Below are positions 60,701 to 64,000 of a stretch of DNA of 64,000 nucleotides, one piece after another. The first letter of the stretch is position 1, and each line of letters opens with the position of its first letter. This DNA is from Nageia nagi (lineage: Eukaryota; Plantae; Pinophyta): positions 187,860,001 through 187,924,000 of the forward strand of contig JBITNC010000001.1 of the NCBI GenBank assembly GCA_050084985.1. Reading direction: 5' to 3'. Below the pieces are notes generated by a model. It did no database searches, was not told where the DNA came from, and saw nothing but the letters and a program-made list of their open reading frames with translations. The position numbers and the translations under genes are program-made.

Positions 60701-62396
60701 TTCACATTGGCATATTGTTGGAAAATCATACTGATATTCAAAGATAACACGTTTACTTATTTCTAACATTAGACAGAGACTTGTCATTGTACTTTGCTAT
60801 GGAAAGATAAATAAAATATTTTGAGACTATTGTAACCTGATGTGTGAGATAATGATCAGGGTAGTTAACACAGAAGAAGTGTCCAACATGCTCACTGATT
60901 GATTCATCACGATCAGGAGGTACATTTCTGACCATGACCTGCAAAAAATTAGTAAAATCTAAGTAACAGAGTGGTAAGTTTGTATTATTCTCATTTTTTA
61001 ATAGAACCATCTGATAGCCACTGAATTCCATCAACAACCATATAAATGCAGATATGAAAGCTACTGTATCAAATACCTTCTAAAGAACCCTAGTTCTAAG
61101 ATTTAAATGATATGTCATTTTAGCATACTATCTGGTTGCATCTAATGTTCTATTTTCTTATTTTCAATTGCTATAATATCACTAACTTCAGATTTTACTT
61201 TACAGTCAACTGGGACATCTAAACCTGCTATTTTCAGGAATTATGTACCTATTGTCCATCTAGGGAATGTTAGGCATTATGTATTTCTGATCAGTTTCTA
61301 CAACATAATCCATATATGCTGTGATGGAAAATTATGTCTTATTCAATGCCTGCACCACTATCGACAATGACTCTAGGATTCAAGGTTAAGAATTTTCTGA
61401 TAAAGCAAACGATTATTAAATACTTGAAGTAACAAAAAATAAAACAATTGATTGGACATGAATTATCTACCTATTGTCTATCTAGGGAATGCCAGGCATT
61501 ATGTATTTCTGATCAGTTTCTACAACATAATCCATATATGCTGTGATGGAAAATTATGTCGTATTCAATGCCTGCACCACTATCGACAATGACTCTAGGA
61601 TTCAAGGTTAAGAATTTTCTGATAAAGCAAACGATTATTAAATACTTGAAGTAACAAAAAATAAAACAATTGATTGGACATGAATGTACATGGATCCAAT
61701 TGATATGATGACTCGAGACAACAATCTATTTCCCACTACCACACTCATGCACACGTACACAAACATGAAATAAGTAAAAACAGTATAGCTATGCAATCCA
61801 TTCCCAATAATAATTGATCAATTATCTAAGTTGTCAATGATAGGGACAAGCTTCTTATTTTTGCTCTCTGCTATCTATTGGTACTGAATAAAAGATTATT
61901 ATTCTGACAATATCTTTAAGTTTTCTCTACCAATATTTTTAAATCTTCTTGTACCTAGTTGTAAAAGTCAGGTTTCAAGGGGAAAGTTAGACTTATAACA
62001 TGAAAGTTGCAGAGTAATCATTTCATCTGTATAGATTTCAAGAGAAAAGTCATATACAATCAGAAAAGAAAAAAAAACCATTTTACTGACAATATCGATG
62101 GATCATGGATCTTACTGGTATTCTAAAAGTTTTATCATTTATTTGCAATGAGGCCCCTTATTCTCACAAACATACAAGATGATAATGGAACAGAAGAGCT
62201 TTCATTTCACAAAGAAAAAAGCATACGATAATGCATATAATATGTCATTTCTATTCTCACAGTGAATTGATCTGGACGCCGATGTCCTGATGCAAGAAAA
62301 CGCAGCCGCATTGTCGCTATGGTGTCATATTCAACATAAAGCACATAGCATGTCCATATGGCAAATACATATGCCATTACTAGATGGGCCCAATAC
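502..62396 (-). CDS. OSCA1: OSCA1/CSC1-family (ERD4-related) Ca2+-permeable mechanosensitive channel, partial: 8 internal exons joined; gene extends beyond both window ends
   Basis: Exons 62261-62396, 60837-60938, 60201-60320, 59926-60006, 29786-30126, 21357-21602, 15681-16005 and 502-735 join in one open frame through GT-AG introns. Translation has OSCA hallmarks: YWAHLVMAY, RRPDQFTVMVRNVP, VVYNANKL, GFLGLWG, WAPEPRDVYW, KATFFITYIMVDGWAG, VINVYNQEYES. Confidence 0.95.
1750..4700 (-). mobile_element. Mosaic of highly decayed retroelement fragments
   Basis: Scattered motifs only: VVVDHFQM (like Gypsy integrase VVVDRFSKM, ORF 3174..3479), LSLAYWNFN (integrase-like, ORF 4039..4281) and EIEEHFIFRCP (LINE C-terminal zinc-binding-like, ~2150-2185). 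No intact structure; boundaries approximate. Confidence 0.35.
2327..2451. repeat. Three tandem copies of a ~41-bp unit
   Basis: AAAAGTGATAAnnCCATCCTCAATCCTCATGAAAT repeated at ~2328, ~2369 and ~2410. Confidence 0.85.
5585..9667 (+). mobile_element. Giant-LTR-like family, copy 1: no ORF, 3'-truncated
   Basis: Starts TGTTGTACCCGCACAACACAACCCAAGATGCAACATTTTGGGGACCC. Segments ~5830-6200, ~8380-8560 and ~8877-9667 align to the reverse complement of copy 5 (45459-52701). TATA motif CTATAAATA at ~8877. Homology stops at ~9667 and no matching TSD was found. Confidence 0.8.
9670..13120 (-). mobile_element. Decayed Gypsy-like remnants and probable LTR fragment
   Basis: ORF 12900..13112 VQNAHVLGLADFW resembles the Gypsy RT/RNase H linker VRSFLGLASFY; a similar ILDW...EVR motif lies near 10750-10800. 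Boundaries approximate. Confidence 0.35.
13305..13853. repeat. Imperfect tandem triplication
   Basis: AAATAAATTGTACATATTTTAATATACTGCTCT...TGTGTCTAC at ~13310, ~13513 and ~13650; AGAACACTTTAAGTCATGCT...TGTGATGAACCCCTA also occurs three times. Confidence 0.85.
13926..14493. mobile_element. Non-autonomous TIR DNA transposon (MITE), probably Mutator-like
   Basis: ~45-bp TIRs: GGCATTGTCTAACTAGAGACCAAAATGGCCCCCTTCCATAACTGA at the left, near reverse complement at 14449-14493. 10-bp direct flank TATAAGTTAA at 13916-13925 and 14494-14503 (an 8-bp hAT-type reading, ATAAGTTA, is also possible). Confidence 0.85.
15087..15285. mobile_element. Small MITE-like element
   Basis: Imperfect 18-bp TIR CAATGTTCTCAAACTCAG / CTGAGTTTGACTACTTTG with internal GAGTT/CAAGT repeats; flanked only by a 3-bp GGT repeat. 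Confidence 0.5.
15681..16005 (-). CDS. OSCA1: OSCA1/CSC1 exon IPKTIGKTIPLKATFFITYIMVDGWAG...FAYLIFRHQ
   Basis: Within ORF 15627..16022; ttgcag acceptor, gttggt donor, 325 nt. Confidence 0.95.
16500..18400 (-). mobile_element. Decayed L1-like LINE ORF1 remnant with an internal duplication
   Basis: Zinc-knuckle-like CASHKQLDHDTVDC at ~16870-16915; duplicated block ~17385-17625 / ~17627-17890; no intact ORF. Confidence 0.4.
18990..20300 (+). mobile_element. Decayed Ty1/Copia RT-RNase H remnant
   Basis: LVDCPLGMKAISVKWVY (~19073-19123), LYGLQRAPKA (~19376), TKHMDVKYHYI (~20118); many stops and frameshifts. Confidence 0.8.
20145..20510. repeat. Near-perfect tandem duplication, ~185-bp unit
   Basis: TTATATCAAGCTGTTGTTTCAAAGAAGG...TACAGGGAAGAAAnTTAATTTTTATAATT occurs twice. 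Confidence 0.9.
20760..21218. repeat. Near-perfect tandem duplication, ~230-bp unit
   Basis: ATTTGGGCAATTnGCCTCCTATTTAAAGAAGCACC...GAAATACTCTGATCTC occurs twice. Confidence 0.9.
21357..21602 (-). CDS. OSCA1: OSCA1/CSC1 exon KVIKAFIVGFLPGLALKLFL...AFEQLNTFIHQSAT
   Basis: Within ORF 21353..21610; gtgcag acceptor, gtaagt donor, 246 nt. Confidence 0.95.
21960..23880 (+). repeat. Array of at least 9 degenerate ~55-bp motifs with variable spacers
   Basis: Approximate consensus GCGCATGnnTTTTGnnnAGTGMAAAAGCACTCAnnnnAAAnGGTGCGCC at ~21970, 22190, 22650, 22730, 22833, 22947, 23306, 23452 and 23600. Confidence 0.8.
23963..27580 (+). pseudogene. Decayed ~1,200-codon element-encoded gene: conserved N-terminal domain, S/P/T-rich and acidic linker, C-terminal coiled-coil region; resembles plant retrotransposon additional/env-like ORFs
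   Basis: ORFs 24017..24403, 24472..25296, 25221..25484, 25488..25814, 26154..26648 and 27179..27412 are collinear with the ORFs of copy 5, e.g. FPDLCYEVAKYC/FPELCLEVARYC, IRWSKVI, YIRVYG..P..LP.YASDR.ILMEF. ATG at 23963 is in frame with 24017. Confidence 0.8.
29786..30126 (-). CDS. OSCA1: OSCA1/CSC1 exon AAAERERVLND...WAPEPRDVYWHNL...APFLKPVIE(V)
   Basis: Within ORF 29782..30138; atgcag acceptor, gtaagc donor, 341 nt. Confidence 0.95.
31676..34589 (+). mobile_element. Giant-LTR-like family, copy 3 (2.9 kb, divergent subfamily, small ORF)
   Basis: Starts TGTTGTGGCTTCCAAAACAC...TTTGGGAACCC and ends GGAAAGAAAAACTACCCAACA. TSD GCATA/GGATA (one mismatch). TATA-like CTATAAAAAGGGG...TCATTT at ~32693 and CTATAGG...CTCATTT at ~33659. 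Confidence 0.75.
32884..33408 (+). pseudogene. Small element-encoded ORF (MAETNSKELENEVKPKK...), ~170 codons with one internal stop at 33241-33243
   Basis: True ATG ~190 bp after the TATA motif. The frame continues past the TAA into a hydrophilic tail ending ...ELVDAN*. No recognisable domain. Confidence 0.5.
36050..37250 (+). mobile_element. L1-type LINE ORF1 remnant
   Basis: Translates to GP*FFGKKGLY, PKLPIEF*NRNIIARIAKSIG, VDLTKDL and IEYEHLIPRCNICKIIGHAIRDCP (CX2CX4HX4C knuckle), matching the plant L1 ORF1 DUF4283/zf-CCHC_4 layout. Boundaries approximate. Confidence 0.75.
37351..37960 (+). mobile_element. Giant-LTR-like family, copy 4 (5' fragment, closest to copy 3)
   Basis: Starts TGTTCTAGCTAGTACAACACACCCCAAATTTTACCAGATTTGGGGACCCACAAA and contains the duplicated unit CATATCCACCCCCAGGCTTGCGCCAACCTCCCAAGGACTC. 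The 3' end was not found. Confidence 0.6.
38351..44300 (-). mobile_element. Non-autonomous Ty3/Gypsy (chromovirus-like) LTR element, followed by the start of a second tandem unit
   Basis: 5' LTR 43356-44300 and 3' LTR 38634-39620 (TGTAGTGACC / TGTAATGACC starts). tRNA-iMet PBS TGGTATCAAAGC at 43343-43354; PPT GGGAGGGTGGAAT at ~39621-39633. A second PBS (38621-38632) and a copy of the leader (38351-38633, matching ~43070-43355) follow the 3' LTR. Confidence 0.85.
43343..43354 (-). promoter_or_regulatory. Primer-binding site (tRNA-iMet)
   Basis: TGGTATCAAAGC lies 1 bp inside the 5' LTR end. Confidence 0.85.
44392..44577 (-). pseudogene. Gypsy reverse-transcriptase fragment
   Basis: YLDDFVASLDEILVFSKRWQHVHCLRVVL resembles the Gypsy FVxVFFDDILVYS..WEEHL.HL..VL motif. 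Confidence 0.7.
46737..49970 (-). pseudogene. Decayed ~1,080-codon element-encoded gene homologous to 23963-27580
   Basis: ORFs 49050..49970, 48841..49071, 48403..48753, 47988..48230, 47596..47799, 47231..47596 and 46935..47234 are collinear with the copy-2 ORFs along the full length, including LGG.GG.EEDE, a coiled coil and HQFFYQYDW/HEFMYQHD*. Confidence 0.82.
50840..51760. repeat. Six-unit degenerate array, ~155-195-bp period, with inverted GCGCCTAG/CTAGGCGC motif pairs
   Basis: AAACYTGCGCCTAR-like cores at ~50841, 50996, 51189, 51371, 51557 and 51740, alternating with CTAGGCGCC-like cores at ~50952, 51147, 51328 and 51512. Confidence 0.75.
53450..57430 (+). pseudogene. Copia gag-pol pseudogene
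   Basis: Gag KAYALI; GAG-pre-integrase LWHARFGYLNF; integrase SDNGGRYTSNEF and NGVAERMNKTL; RT GCKWV, QMDVN, GLKQAP, YVDDLLI; RNase H STTKAEYVA, KHINI. Many stops and frameshifts. Confidence 0.9.
59926..60006 (-). CDS. OSCA1: OSCA1/CSC1 exon KGFLGLWGERVDAIDFYTTVIDSLTKE
   Basis: Read manually; atgcag acceptor, gtgagt donor, 81 nt. Confidence 0.92.
60201..60320 (-). CDS. OSCA1: OSCA1/CSC1 exon VVYNANKLAKIVQKKESLKDWLAYNQNKYERHPEKRPLTK
   Basis: Read manually; ttgtag acceptor, gtacat donor, 120 nt. Confidence 0.92.
60415..60632. repeat. Intronic direct repeat, ~70 bp twice
   Basis: TGTTAGCACAnAAACAATGGTGAnAATTTGTGTAT...TTTGACACA at ~60415 and ~60558. Confidence 0.8.
60837..60938 (-). CDS. OSCA1: OSCA1/CSC1 exon VMVRNVPPDRDESISEHVGHFFCVNYPDHYLTHQ
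   Basis: Within ORF 60753..61037; ttgcag acceptor, gttaca donor, 102 nt. Confidence 0.93.
61238..61684. repeat. Near-perfect tandem duplication, 222-bp unit
   Basis: GAATTATnTACCTATTGTCnATCTAGGGAATG...ATTGGACATGAAT occurs twice. Confidence 0.9.
62261..62396 (-). CDS. OSCA1: OSCA1/CSC1 exon (R)YWAHLVMAYVFAIWTCYVLYVEYDTIATMRLRFLASGHRRPDQFT
   Basis: Read manually; not in the ORF track. ttgcag acceptor, gtgaga donor, 136 nt (1 nt + 45 codons). Confidence 0.93.
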
Positions 62397-64000
62397 CTGC
62401 AACGCAGTTAAAGATCAAGCAGTTATTCTTGTAAAATAATAATGCTGAAAACTTTCACCAACTAGAATTGAAAATGAAAATATCAAACAATAAGTCTCAT
62501 TCATTGTTGTGTATACTGTATATTTTAGTTTGAGTTATGTCATGTTCCTTTTTCTTCAAAAGATGCTTGCATGAAATTAAATATACGGAAAAATTGCACT
62601 AAATTGCAGACTGCAAAATGTCTGCTAAATCCAATTGGCAAAACTCTCGTATCAAAATGCAGCTGAGAGTTCTGAAGCCCAAAAACTATTGTAAATTACA
62701 TAAGGACTTCCTTGCTGCAAATCATTCAACTCCAGACCCTATCAATTTGAAGAAATAATCACAAGTAGTTTCCAGATGTGTACAACTCACAGAGATGAGC
62801 AAGCATATTTACCATCAAATGTGAACTTCTCCCCATCAAGAAGGTCTAATCCAAATTTTTCTAGGGCAGTTAGTTTATTGGCGCCCAATGTGTGCTACAG
62901 TGAGAACTCTGCCGTCTTTCTCCCACTGAATTAGTTGATTGAAATATTTAGCTATTACTGACGATGAATTGACCTCATTCCTAATTTTAAAATTACCTAC
63001 TTTGAGGCCATGGGGCAAGAAACTATTTCCATGGTTAAAGAAGAAACATATGCAGCAGCGGCAGAAGCACAAGGATCCTCACAAACCACACTAATTAGTC
63101 ATTTGATACATTTTTGTAGTTGTGTTTTGATACATTTTGTAATTTTACATTGCCCTTATTAATATGGAATGTTGCATTTCTGGTTCTTAACATCCTGTTT
63201 GATGTCAATTTTACATTTTCTTGCAGATGTTGATGAAATGTGTCTGTTAAAATATGGTGATGTAAAAGAAAAACTTATGCTGTAATAAAAAAATTTCTGC
63301 TTTTTTTTGCTAAGTTTTTACTGATTCCAAAAATTTTCCAAATCAAAAACTAGCCGACTTCTTCCATAGTCCGAGTATTATAACTGTGGTCTCAATTACC
63401 TAGGGAGAGTTGATCTCATCTACCTAGGCAGAGTATACACAAAAATGACCTAATAGAGTATTATTTGCCCCTTGAAATTCCATTTCCTAAAACTTGACTA
63501 CAATGAAATTCAGTCTCCTTAGACTCAAAGAGATGTGCATGGAAACTATGAGAATTGCAGGAACCTAAATAGCTATTGAAACTTTAAATGCCTCAAATTC
63601 CTATTTTAGGGCCCCAGATTTGGACCTTTTGGCTGCACTGCTCAAATTAAGCTAGATATGAAGCACAGATTGTTGAGGTGGACCTGAAGGTTTTCATATA
63701 ACTATATTTGACTTGCTATCTAATCTGGGTTCTTTTTTGAATAAAACTATACATTTTACGATTCAACTTGGACTTGAGCATCTTAATAACTCAAGAATAA
63801 GAATATTCAACCAAGAGAGCTTCAACATCCATTTAAAAAGCTTTTGTGTTTTTTTAACTTTTGAAGATAAGTTTTCACATAGATGAATATCCTGCATCAA
63901 GTTTTCAAACAACAAGAAGTCACAGGCAAAACATTGTATGATTTAACTTGCCCTTGAGTATCTTATTGACTCATAAATTGAGATGAATAATACAATTATA

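Overview
AT-rich plant nuclear DNA with the look of a large gymnosperm/conifer genome (inferred from the very long, TE-filled introns). The whole window lies inside one minus-strand OSCA1/CSC1-family mechano-/osmosensitive Ca2+-permeable channel gene. Eight internal exons (1,585 coding nt) splice in frame through GT-AG introns of 0.2-29.8 kb, and the first and last exons lie outside the window. The introns hold a degenerate full-length Ty1/Copia element, a non-autonomous Ty3/Gypsy element with an extra PBS, a second Copia remnant, two LINE ORF1 remnants, MITEs and short tandem duplications. The most unusual content is five related elements sharing a 5' end like TGTTGTGCCCGCACAACA...TTTGGGGACCC. 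The three complete copies end in GGAAAGAAAA(A/G)CWWMCCAACA and have 5-bp target-site duplications, yet show no internal LTR pair, PBS, gag or pol, so they look like giant solo LTRs (2.9-7.4 kb). The two ~7.3-kb copies each carry a collinear, lightly decayed gene for a ~1,100-1,200-aa protein. It sits between two TATA-type motifs and downstream of an array of degenerate GCGCC-containing motifs. A 2.9-kb copy has a different small ORF in the same slot, and another copy has no ORF. This suggests a protein-coding 'cargo slot' inside the LTR U3 region.
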